Shown here: positions 15,989-23,636 of the stretch, one piece after another
How the letters are laid out: every line of letters starts with the position of its first letter
Position numbering within the stretch: position 1 is the stretch's first letter
Assembly (NCBI GenBank): GCA_946410395.1
Contig: CAMKAE010000001.1
Location: forward strand, 1 to 33,792
Length of the DNA stretch: 33,792 nt
Direction of reading: 5' to 3'
Source of the DNA: an uncultured Clostridia bacterium
GTDB taxonomy: Bacteria; Bacillota; Clostridia; Christensenellales; Aristaeellaceae
Translations under genes and position numbers: made by a program
Notes under the pieces: model-generated
What the model was told of the DNA's origin: nothing
What the model saw: the letters and a program-made list of their open reading frames with translations, nothing else
Databases searched by the model: none

Positions 15989-16043
15989 GAAAGAAACTGC
16001 AAGGAACAGGTTGGGCCGTAGGGCACAAGGCTGTCCCTTGCAG
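15989..16043 (-). terminator. Intra-operon hairpin/partial terminator between the SBP and ATPase genes
   Basis: On the minus strand, a 13-bp stem CTGCAAGGGACAG / CTGTTCCTTGCAG (one G-U pair) with a 21-nt loop is followed by TTTCTTTC. Confidence 0.65.
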
Positions 16044-16065
16044 GATTCAGTTCAGTTCAGGCAGA

Positions 16066-17250
16066 TCAGTTGCCCAGGATGGTGATGCCGTCGATGTCCA
16101 GATCGAAATAGGGGGCGGAACGGAAGACAGACTCCTGGAAGGCGCCGTCCTTCACGACCTCGGTGTCGCCGGTGTAAGCCGCGTCGGAATCCACGTCGGC
16201 CAGGTAGGAGGTCAGAGGCTCGCCGTTCACGGTGAAGGTGTTCACGTCGAAGACCTGCACGGAGCCGTCCAGCAGCGCGGCCTTGACAGCCTCAACGCGC
16301 TCCACGGTGCCGGCGGCGGCCACGTTGGTGTTGATGTCGGTCAGGAGCACGGAGCCGGTCTCGATGGTGCCGGTCCAGTCGGTGTCGATGGGCTCGCCGT
16401 TCATCACGCAGGTGATCATGTATTCCATGTAAGGCGCCCAGTCAATGCGAGAGGACACGATGAAGGTGTTGGGGCAGGCGCTGACGGTGGAGCCATTGTA
16501 GGACACGTTGGGGACACCGGCAGTCTCGCAGGCCGTGGGAGCGCCCATGGAGTCGGCGTGCTGGGAGATCAGGACGCAGCCGTTGCTGATGAGCTTGACG
16601 GCGGCTTCCTTCTCCATGGCCTCGTCATACCAGGAGCTGGTGAAGGTCACTTCCATGGTGGCGGAGGGGCAGACGGAGCGGGCGCCCAGGAAGAAGCTGG
16701 TGTAGCCGCTCTTCACCTCGGCATAGGGCCAGGCGCCGACGTAGCCGATCTTCGCCTGCTCGGCGGTGATCTTGCCGCTCTCGATCATCTCGTTGAGCTT
16801 CATGCCGGCGGCGACGCCCGCCAGGAAGCGGCCCTCGTAGATGCTGGCAAAAGCGTTGTGATAGTTGTCCAGGCCCTCGGTGTGGGCGCGGGTGCCGGTG
16901 GCGTGGCAGAACTGCACGTGCGGGTTCTCGCTGGCGGCCTCGATCATGTAGGCTTCATGGCCGAAGCTGTCGGCGAAGATGATGTTGCAGCCCTCGTCGA
17001 TCAGGTCCAGGGCGGCTTCCTTGCAGGCCTGGCTCTCGTCCACGTTGGTCTTGATCAGGTACTGGACGCCCAGCTTCTCGCAGGCTTCCTTCGCGGCGTT
17101 CATGAAGTTGAGGTCATAGGTGGAGTTCTCGTCGTGCAGGAAGATGAAACCGACTTTGATGTCTTCCTTGGCCACGGGCTCGGCGGCGAAAGCAGCCACG
17201 CAGGACAGGCACAGGGCCAGCGTCAGGAGCAGAGCGATGATTTTCTTCAT
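16066..17250 (-). CDS. BMP-family ABC transporter substrate-binding lipoprotein
   Basis: Signal peptide with a lipobox (MKKIIALLLTLALCLSC). The pattern IKVGFIFLHDENSTYD...IFADSFGH is typical of the BMP/PnrA/Med family. GAAGGAG RBS. Confidence 0.9.
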   Translation of the reverse strand: MKKIIALLLTLALCLSCVAAFAAEPVAKEDIKVGFIFLHDENSTYDLNFMNAAKEACEKLGVQYLIKTNVDESQACKEAALDLIDEGCNIIFADSFGHEAYMIEAASENPHVQFCHATGTRAHTEGLDNYHNAFASIYEGRFLAGVAAGMKLNEMIESGKITAEQAKIGYVGAWPYAEVKSGYTSFFLGARSVCPSATMEVTFTSSWYDEAMEKEAAVKLISNGCVLISQHADSMGAPTACETAGVPNVSYNGSTVSACPNTFIVSSRIDWAPYMEYMITCVMNGEPIDTDWTGTIETGSVLLTDINTNVAAAGTVERVEAVKAALLDGSVQVFDVNTFTVNGEPLTSYLADVDSDAAYTGDTEVVKDGAFQESVFRSAPYFDLDIDGITILGN

Positions 17251-17336
17251 GTTGATGTCTCCTTCGTTTTCGGTCGAAGTGAATCAGAGAGCTCCCGGAA
17301 AGCAAAAAGCCGAACATTTATCCGGGAAACACCTTT

Positions 17337-17365
17337 ATTGTACTCCGAATTATGGCAAACGGCAA
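17337..17365 (-). promoter_or_regulatory. Sigma-70-like promoter for the BMP ABC operon
   Basis: Minus strand reads TTGCCG (17365-17360), 17-nt spacer, TACAAT (17342-17337). Confidence 0.45.
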
Positions 17366-17441
17366 GGCTTTTCCGGGCAAATTTTCGGCTTTTTGTGAAA
17401 AAATGTGTTACTGTTTCGTTTCGGACGGCGTGTTTTCCAGC

Positions 17442-18347
17442 TTATGACAGCGGTTTGCGCAGACAGGCGGCAAAGAAGCCCTCATACAGGGAGGTGGGGC
17501 GCACGCACAGCACCTCCGGGAGGGCTGTCGGCAGGGCGGGGATCGCGCTGCGCAGCACTTCTGGGATCGGCTCCGGCGTGAGGCCGGCGTCCAGGGCGGT
17601 CTGCACCACGGCCTCGTTCTCCTCCCGCAGGACCGAGCAGGTGGCGTAGACGAGCGTTCCGCCGGGCTTGAGGACGGCGATGGCCTTACGCATCAGCGCT
17701 TTCTGCGTCTTCACGGTCTTCTGCACCCAGGCGGGCTCCATGCGCCGGGGCGGGATCCCCTCGCCGAGGAGCACGGTCCCGCTGCCGGTGCAGGGCGCGT
17801 CCAGAAGCACGGCGTCAAAGCGGAACATCGGATCCAGCTGCCGGGCGTCGGTGTTCATCACCACCGCGCGGCGCGCGCCCTGGACCTGCAGGTTGTGCCG
17901 CAGGCGCTCCGCGCGCAGGGGGTCGCGCTCGCAGCAGGTCAGGTCGATCTGCCCGCCGGAGAGGGCGGCCAGCTGAGTGCTCTTGCCGCCGGGAGCCGCG
18001 CACATGTCCAGCACGCTCATGCCGGGCTTGAGCGGCATCAGCAGGGGAGGCAGCATGGCGGAGAGTGACTGCAGGTAGACCCGGCCCTGTGCGTAGAGGG
18101 GCAAGGCTTCTACGGCCTTTTCGTCCGCGTCCGGCAGGATGCGCGCGTCGGGATACCAGGACACGGGCTGCGGGTCCAGCCCGGCGGCCCGCAACAGGGC
18201 ATCGGTCTCCGCAGGGTCGCCCCGCAGCGGGTTCAGCCGCAGCGTGACGGGACGCCGGGACACGAAGCCCGCCGTGATCTCCGCGGCCAGGGTCTCGCCG
18301 TAGTCGCGAACCAGGGCGTCCCGCAGATAGGGAGGGATCGGATTCAT
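17442..18347 (-). CDS. RsmB/RsmF (NOL1/NOP2/Sun) family rRNA cytosine-C5 methyltransferase
   Basis: SAM-binding motif MCAAPGGKS, plus catalytic motifs DAPCTGSGT and YATCS. Confidence 0.85.
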   Translation of the reverse strand: MNPIPPYLRDALVRDYGETLAAEITAGFVSRRPVTLRLNPLRGDPAETDALLRAAGLDPQPVSWYPDARILPDADEKAVEALPLYAQGRVYLQSLSAMLPPLLMPLKPGMSVLDMCAAPGGKSTQLAALSGGQIDLTCCERDPLRAERLRHNLQVQGARRAVVMNTDARQLDPMFRFDAVLLDAPCTGSGTVLLGEGIPPRRMEPAWVQKTVKTQKALMRKAIAVLKPGGTLVYATCSVLREENEAVVQTALDAGLTPEPIPEVLRSAIPALPTALPEVLCVRPTSLYEGFFAACLRKPLS

Positions 18348-18400
18348 GGCGTTACCTCATTGTTTTTTTGCGAATGGATCGGTTCATGGAAACAACCATC

Positions 18401-18429
18401 AGTATAGCAAAACCGGCGGCATAAAACAA
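18401..18429 (-). promoter_or_regulatory. Sigma-70-like promoter (extended -10) for the methyltransferase gene
   Basis: Minus strand reads TTGTTT (18429-18424), 17-nt spacer, TGcTATACT (-10 at 18406-18401). Confidence 0.45.
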
Positions 18430-18467
18430 GGGCGCGGCGCTCCGTACGGATGACGGATGCCGCGCCC
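18423..18467 (-). terminator. Intrinsic terminator after pheT
   Basis: On the minus strand, stem GGGCGCGGC / GCCGCGCCC (plus-strand arms 18430-18438 and 18459-18467) is followed by TTGTTTT. Confidence 0.75.
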
Positions 18468-18481
18468 CTGCGGTGTGCGGG

Positions 18482-20881
18482 TTACGCGCGGATCACGGCC
18501 TCGTATTTCTCGGCCGCGACGCGCTGGATCTTCTCCATGGCCTTGCTGACCTCAGCCTCGGTCAGGGTGCGGTCCGGCGCCCGGAAGACGAAGGAGAAGG
18601 CGACGGACTTCCGGTTCAGGCCAAGCACGGGATTGCGGTACACGTCGAACATGTCCGCGTGCTCAAGGATGCTGCCGCCGGCGGCCGCCATGTCCTTGAG
18701 CAGGGGACCCACCTGCGCGGACTCGGCCATGACCAGGCTCAGGTCCCGTGTCACGGCGGGGTAGCGCGGCATGGGCTTCACGGTGCCCATGGGCCGGCGC
18801 AGGCGCAGCAACTGGTCCAGGTCGAACTCGGCGATGCAGGCCCGGGCGGAGAGCTCGAAGGCGTCCCGCGTGGCGGGGTTCACCTCGCCCAGCACGCAGA
18901 CGGTCTCGCCCTCGGCGACCAGCCGGGCGCTGCGGCCGGGATGCAGGTAGGGCTCGGTGTACTTTTCCACGTCGAAGGCGATGCCCAGCGCGTTCAGGAT
19001 CCGCTCCGCCACCGCCCGCAGGCTGTAGAAGTCGGCCGTCTTGCCGTAGACGCCCAGGGTCATCTTGCGGGTCTCCTCGGGCAGGTTTTCCGCCGTGCGG
19101 TGCACGGGATCGAAGACGCTGGCGATCTCAAACAGGCCGGCGCGCTCGTTGCCGTGGTTCATGTTCAGGGCCAGGGTGGAGAGCATGTCCGGTACCAGGG
19201 TGGAGCGCATGACGCTGGTGTCCTCGCCCAGGGGATTGCGGATGGGCAGCATGTTCAGCCGGGGATCGTCCGCGGACAGGCCCAGCTTCTCCACGCTCTT
19301 CGGGCTGACGAAGGAGTAGTTCATGATCTCGCAGAAGCCCAGGCCGGTCAGCAGCGCGGTGACGTCGTTCTTCAGCCGCATGCGTTCGGAGATGCCGCCG
19401 GGGGTGGTTTCGCCCCGCAGCAGGGTGCCGGGGATGTGGTCATAGCCGTAGACGCGCAGGGCTTCCTCGCTCAGGTCCGCCTCGCCCACGGTGATGTCCT
19501 GCCGGAATTCCGGCACGGTGCAGGTGAGCAGGTCGCCGTCGCGTTTGACGCCGAAGTGCAGGCTCTCCAGGATCCGGACGATCTCCTCCGGCGGGATGTC
19601 CACGCCGGTGCGCTGGGCGATGCGCCTGCAGGAGCCGGTGACGACCTGCTCCGGCACGGGGTTGGGGTAGAGGTCGATGACCCCGGGCACCACGTCGCCG
19701 GCGTCCAGCTCGTGGATCAGCTGGCAGGCGCGCTGCATGGCTTCCAGCGGCGTGCGGATGTTGACGCCCTTCTCAAAGCGGCCGGAGCTCTCCGTGCGGA
19801 TGCCCAGCGCCCGGGAGGTGAGGCGGGTCGCGGCGTAATCGAAGACCGCGCACTCGAACATGACGGTATGCGTCTTCTCCGTGATCTCGCTCTCCTCGCC
19901 GCCCATGATGCCCGCCACACAGGAGGGCTTCACCGCGTCGCAGATGGCCAGCTGGCCGGCCTGCATCACGTGCTGCTTGCCGTCCAAGGTGGTGATGAAC
20001 TCGCCCTCCTTCGCCCGGCGCACGATGATCTGATGGCCCTCCACCATGTCCAGGTCGAAGGCGTGCATCGGGTGGCCGGTCTCGAGCATCACGAAGTTGG
20101 TGATGTCCACCACGTTGTTGATAGAGCGCATGCCGGCGCCGAAGAGGTACTCCCGCAGCCACTTGGGGGAGGGGCCGACGCGCACGTTGTCGATGACCCG
20201 GGCCACATAGCGCGGGCAGAGGTCGGTGTCGCGCACCTCGACCTTCACATAGTCGCGGATGTCGCCCTTGCCGGTCTCGACGACCTTGATCTCAGGCTTT
20301 TTGAAGGCGGTGCCCAGGGCCACGGCGGTCTCGCGGGCCACGCCCCAGACGGACAGGCAATCCGGGCGGTTGGCCAGGACCTCGAAGTCCATGACCGTGT
20401 CGTCCAGGCCCAGGATGGGCTTCACGTCCGCGCCCAGGGGATGGTCTTCGTTGAAGACCAGGATGCCCTTTTCCCAGATGTTGGGATAGAGCTCCGGCGG
20501 ACACCCCAGCTCTTCGCCGGAGCAGATCATGCCCTCGGAGACCTCGCCGCGCATCTTGCCCTTCTTGATTTTCACGCCGCCGGGGAGCTTTGCCCCCGCC
20601 AGGGCCACGGGCACCAGCTGGCCCGCCGCCACGTTGGGCGCGCCGCAGACGATCTGCAGCGGCGCTTCGCCGCCCACGTCCACGGTGGTGATGTGCAGAT
20701 GGTCGGAGTTCGGGTGGTCCACGCAGGTCAGCACCCGGCCGACCACAACGCCCTCGACCTCGGCGCCCAGGGCCTCATAGCCCTCCACGCCGTCGCCGAT
20801 CATGATCATTTTGTTCATATAGGTCTCCGCGTCCACCGGAATGTCGGTGTAGGCACGGATCCATTTCATGGGGACTTTCAT
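18482..20881 (-). CDS. pheT: Phenylalanine--tRNA ligase beta subunit
   Basis: 800 aa. N-terminus MKVPMKWIRAYTD... with tRNA-binding domain VVVGRVLTCVDHPNSDHLHITTVDVG and conserved B3/4 and B5 segments. Start moved to ATG 20881 with a GAGGAGGAGGAG RBS. The 56 upstream ORF-track codons overlap pheS. Confidence 0.95.
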   Translation of the reverse strand: MKVPMKWIRAYTDIPVDAETYMNKMIMIGDGVEGYEALGAEVEGVVVGRVLTCVDHPNSDHLHITTVDVGGEAPLQIVCGAPNVAAGQLVPVALAGAKLPGGVKIKKGKMRGEVSEGMICSGEELGCPPELYPNIWEKGILVFNEDHPLGADVKPILGLDDTVMDFEVLANRPDCLSVWGVARETAVALGTAFKKPEIKVVETGKGDIRDYVKVEVRDTDLCPRYVARVIDNVRVGPSPKWLREYLFGAGMRSINNVVDITNFVMLETGHPMHAFDLDMVEGHQIIVRRAKEGEFITTLDGKQHVMQAGQLAICDAVKPSCVAGIMGGEESEITEKTHTVMFECAVFDYAATRLTSRALGIRTESSGRFEKGVNIRTPLEAMQRACQLIHELDAGDVVPGVIDLYPNPVPEQVVTGSCRRIAQRTGVDIPPEEIVRILESLHFGVKRDGDLLTCTVPEFRQDITVGEADLSEEALRVYGYDHIPGTLLRGETTPGGISERMRLKNDVTALLTGLGFCEIMNYSFVSPKSVEKLGLSADDPRLNMLPIRNPLGEDTSVMRSTLVPDMLSTLALNMNHGNERAGLFEIASVFDPVHRTAENLPEETRKMTLGVYGKTADFYSLRAVAERILNALGIAFDVEKYTEPYLHPGRSARLVAEGETVCVLGEVNPATRDAFELSARACIAEFDLDQLLRLRRPMGTVKPMPRYPAVTRDLSLVMAESAQVGPLLKDMAAAGGSILEHADMFDVYRNPVLGLNRKSVAFSFVFRAPDRTLTEAEVSKAMEKIQRVAAEKYEAVIRA

Positions 20882-20897
20882 CGCGCTCTCCTCCTCC

Positions 20898-21926
20898 TCA
20901 CCTGAACTGTCCCAGGAACCGCACATCGCCCTCGTAGAGGAGCCGCAGGTCCGGGATGCCGTAGCGCTGCATGGCGATGCGCTCCAGGCCGATGCCGAAG
21001 GCAAAGCCGGAATACACCGTGGGGTCGATGCCGCACATCTCCAGCACATGGGGGTTCACCATGCCGCCGCCGAGCACCTCGATCCAGCCGGTGCCCTTGC
21101 AGACGCGGCAGCCCTTGCCGTGGCAGGCCGCGCAGGTCAGGTCCACCTCGGTGGAGGGCTCGGTGAAGGGGAAGAAGGAGGGGCGGAAACGGGTCGTGAT
21201 GCCCTTGCCGTAGATCCGCTCGGCGAAGGCGTTCAGCGTACCGCGCAGGTCAGCCATGGTGACGTCCTTGTCCACCACCAGGCCCTCCATCTGATGGAAG
21301 ACCGGGCTGTGGGTGGCGTCGGCCTCGTCGGCGCGGAACACGCGGCCGGGGCAGACCACCCGGATGGGCGGCTTGCGGCTGAGCATCGTGCGGGCCTGGA
21401 TGGGGGAGGTGTGGGTGCGCAGAACGATGTTGTCGTCCACATAGAAGGTGTCCTGGGCGTCCCGGGCGGGGTGGTTCTTCGGGATGTTCATCAGCTCGAA
21501 GTTGAAGTGGTCCAGCTCCACCTCGGGGCCCTCCACCACCTCAAAGCCCATGCCGGTGAAGCAGTCGATCATCTCGTTCATCACCAGGTTCACCGGATGC
21601 GCGCTGCCCAGCGGCAGGGGCGGCACCGGCTCGGTGACGTCGATGGTCTCTGCCTGCAGCGCCGCGGCCCGCTCCATCATGCGCACGGCGTCCTGGCGCG
21701 CCTCCAGCATGGCGGTGAACTTTTCCCGGGCCGTGTTGATCAGCTGGCCCGCGGCGGGGCGCTCCTCGGGCGGCAGGGTGCCCATGCCCCGCAGCAGCGC
21801 GGTGAGCTCGCCCTTCTTGCCCAGGATCCTGACCCGCAGGTTTTCCAGCGCCTGCTTGCTGTCGGTCTTGTTCAGCTCCTGCTCCAGGGTTTCTCTGAGC
21901 TGGTCGATGGTCTCTCTCATGCCCAT
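20898..21926 (-). CDS. pheS: Phenylalanine--tRNA ligase alpha subunit
   Basis: 343 aa with class II motifs (FRADEADATHSPVFHQMEG, FPFTEPSTEVD, GFAFGIGLERIAM). Start moved to ATG 21926, with GGAGG 12 nt upstream. The upstream ORF-track extension covers the T-box leader. Confidence 0.95.
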   Translation of the reverse strand: MGMRETIDQLRETLEQELNKTDSKQALENLRVRILGKKGELTALLRGMGTLPPEERPAAGQLINTAREKFTAMLEARQDAVRMMERAAALQAETIDVTEPVPPLPLGSAHPVNLVMNEMIDCFTGMGFEVVEGPEVELDHFNFELMNIPKNHPARDAQDTFYVDDNIVLRTHTSPIQARTMLSRKPPIRVVCPGRVFRADEADATHSPVFHQMEGLVVDKDVTMADLRGTLNAFAERIYGKGITTRFRPSFFPFTEPSTEVDLTCAACHGKGCRVCKGTGWIEVLGGGMVNPHVLEMCGIDPTVYSGFAFGIGLERIAMQRYGIPDLRLLYEGDVRFLGQFR

Positions 21927-21971
21927 GATCGATGAAAGCCTCCTTTTTTCTGATCGCCTCGGGGCAGGCAA

Positions 21972-22225
21972 TGAAAAGCCTGCGCCCTGCACAAGGGACG
22001 CAGGCGAATATGCCGCGTGGTACCACCCTTTTTCCGCACGGGACCGCGGTCCGATGCGCTCGATGCCGGTCACGGGGCCGATTCCGTCGCCGCCTACAGG
22101 CCGAAGCGTTCAGCGGCGCAGCTCGGGAGGGAATGCCCGCTTCGTCCGCCGGAACGCTCTCACCTTGCCGTTCCTCTCTGAGACAGCCGTTTTGCCGCGG
22201 GGTTGGTCTCCGTCATTGCCTTTCA
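21972..22225 (-). promoter_or_regulatory. T-box leader (tRNA-Phe-sensing transcription attenuator) for pheST
   Basis: On the minus strand: T-box sequence AAAGGGTGGTACCACGCGG (22013-22031). Terminator GCCTGCGTCCCT...AGGGCGCAGGC plus TTTTC (21973-22005). K-turn element AATGAC (~22213-22218). AGAGAG bulge and GGTGAGA distal loop. Candidate UUC specifier at 22131-22133. Confidence 0.85.
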
Positions 22226-22231
22226 CGGCGC

Positions 22232-22260
22232 ATTATAGCACGGGCGCGGCCGCATTGCAA
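22232..22260 (-). promoter_or_regulatory. Near-consensus sigma-70 promoter driving the T-box leader and pheST
   Basis: Minus strand reads TTGCAA (22260-22255), 17-nt spacer, TATAAT (22237-22232), with TGc immediately upstream of the -10. Confidence 0.6.
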
Positions 22261-22350
22261 GCGGTTTTTCTGCGGGCGGATCACTTTGCGCTGACCAGCG
22301 GGGTATCGTTACTTGTGCCTTTCCAAAACCTTTACTTTTTTCACCGCAAA

Positions 22351-22402
22351 ACGCCAAAAAAGGAAAGGTTTTGGGGCGGGCATACGCCAAAAAAGGAAAG
22401 GT
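22351..22402. repeat. Two perfect 19-bp direct repeats with 33-bp periodicity in the LCP-pheS intergenic region
   Basis: ACGCCAAAAAAGGAAAGGT occurs at 22351-22369 and 22384-22402. There is also an 11-bp inverted repeat CCAAAACCTTT (22323-22333) / AAAGGTTTTGG (22365-22375). Confidence 0.7.
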
Positions 22403-22430
22403 CATGCAGATGCCGCTCCGGCGGCACGCA

Positions 22431-22460
22431 AACGAAAACTCCCCGGCATCGGCCGGAGAG
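22431..22460 (-). terminator. Intrinsic terminator after the LCP gene
   Basis: On the minus strand, a 9-bp stem CTCTCCGGC / GCCGGGGAG (one G-U pair) with loop CGAT is followed by TTTTCGTTT. Confidence 0.75.
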
Positions 22461-22495
22461 CTTTTCCGAGACATTGCGGTGTGCGAACCAGAGGA

Positions 22496-23596
22496 TCAGG
22501 TTCCGTACTCCACATACAGGTTTTCCATGACCCAGCGCGTGAGGTCTTCCTCGTCCACATAGCACTCCTCGATCTCGTAGGGCTCGTTCAGCGAAGTGCG
22601 GTAGACCAGGCGGCTGGTGTGGGTGGAGGCTGGGATGTAAGGTTCGCGCACGGTGTAGTTGTAGGTTTTAACCAGGGTGTTGACGATCCAGCCCTGGCTC
22701 ATGTCCATGGTGGCGATATCGGCTACGCCGTCCACCAGGGTGCTTGCAAAGCTGCTGTCCTGGGCCACCATGGCCTGCATCTGCTTGGCGGCTGCTTTCA
22801 TGAATTCCTTCTGCCGCGCCATGCGGGAGACGTTGCGTCCGTCGCCCACCTGCATGCGGGCCCGGGTCACCAGCACGGCCTGACGGTCCGTCAGCTTGAC
22901 CGTGTTGCCGGCGGTGAGCACACTGGTCTCCGCGGCATCCACGCTGCCCAGCTCCTCCGGGAGTTCCATGCCGATGAGGTCGGTCAGATCCTCGGGGATC
23001 ACCATCTCCACACCGCCCAGCAGGTGGTTGATGGCCGGAATGCCGGCAATGTTCATGGAGATGGTGCGGTCCACCCAGGCGTGATCCATCAGATCCAGGA
23101 CAGCCGTGACCGTGTTCCGGTCGCAGGCGGCCAGGTCTTTGCCGTAGCAGTGGGACAGGGCGATGTTCAGGACCTTGGTGCCCTGGGGACGGCCGCCGAG
23201 CTCGCTCAGGGTGTGGATCGGCGTCATGGTGTCCCGGTCCAGCTGGCACATGCGGATCTCCTCCTTGCCGTGGTCGATCACCACCAGCAGCAGGAAGTCT
23301 GAGCAGCCACCATCCTGGTAGCCCTTCAGCTCAAGCTCGCTCAGGGGGACGTCCTTGTCGTAGCCGATCAGCAGAAGCGTCTCGACGTTATAGTTTTTGC
23401 GGTAACGCTTGCCGTTCCAGTCGACCAGGTAGGAGGATAAAGCACCATTTGTTTCTGCGTTATTCTGTGCTTCCGCACTCAGTAGATCATTTGAATCCTC
23501 TGTGCGGGGCTCCGTCAGATGCAGGGCGAGCAGCGCGCCGGCGAGCAGAACAACGGTGCAGATCAGCGCGATCAAGCCTTTCTTTCGTTGAGACAT
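22496..23596 (-). CDS. LCP (LytR-CpsA-Psr) family protein with an N-terminal membrane anchor
   Basis: 366 aa with TM segment GLIALICTVVLLAGALLAL. LCP-core pattern LLLIGYDKD...SDFLLLVVIDHGKEEIRMCQLDRDTM...NHLLGGVEM. Confidence 0.85.
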   Translation of the reverse strand: MSQRKKGLIALICTVVLLAGALLALHLTEPRTEDSNDLLSAEAQNNAETNGALSSYLVDWNGKRYRKNYNVETLLLIGYDKDVPLSELELKGYQDGGCSDFLLLVVIDHGKEEIRMCQLDRDTMTPIHTLSELGGRPQGTKVLNIALSHCYGKDLAACDRNTVTAVLDLMDHAWVDRTISMNIAGIPAINHLLGGVEMVIPEDLTDLIGMELPEELGSVDAAETSVLTAGNTVKLTDRQAVLVTRARMQVGDGRNVSRMARQKEFMKAAAKQMQAMVAQDSSFASTLVDGVADIATMDMSQGWIVNTLVKTYNYTVREPYIPASTHTSRLVYRTSLNEPYEIEECYVDEEDLTRWVMENLYVEYGT

Positions 23597-23636
23597 ACCG
23601 GTTCACCTCTCTCTTTGTGATCGGAGCGAAAGCGGC

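Noticed and set aside
17251-17441. Purine/guanine riboswitch upstream of the nucleoside-type ABC operon
   Set aside because: I could not fit the conserved P1/J1-2/P2-L2/P3-L3 pattern. There is no UAUAAU...GGAUAUGG...CCGUAAAUGUCCGACUAUG-like core, only a partial TAAATGT resemblance.
18473-20905. 810-aa ORF on the plus strand, antisense to pheT
   Set aside because: It overlaps the unmistakable pheT coding sequence end to end. Its translation is low-complexity and rich in G/A/R/H/L/V, which is typical of shadow ORFs in ~65% GC DNA. It has no RBS and no recognisable motif.
20882-22073. N-terminal extensions of pheT (to 21049) and pheS (to 22073) in the ORF track
   Set aside because: The extensions overlap the upstream gene (pheT) or the T-box leader and terminator (pheS). 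They lack RBSs and add non-homologous sequence ahead of canonical N-termini. The same holds for the extensions at 3458-3496, 3637-3708, 9677-9742 and 29856-29861.
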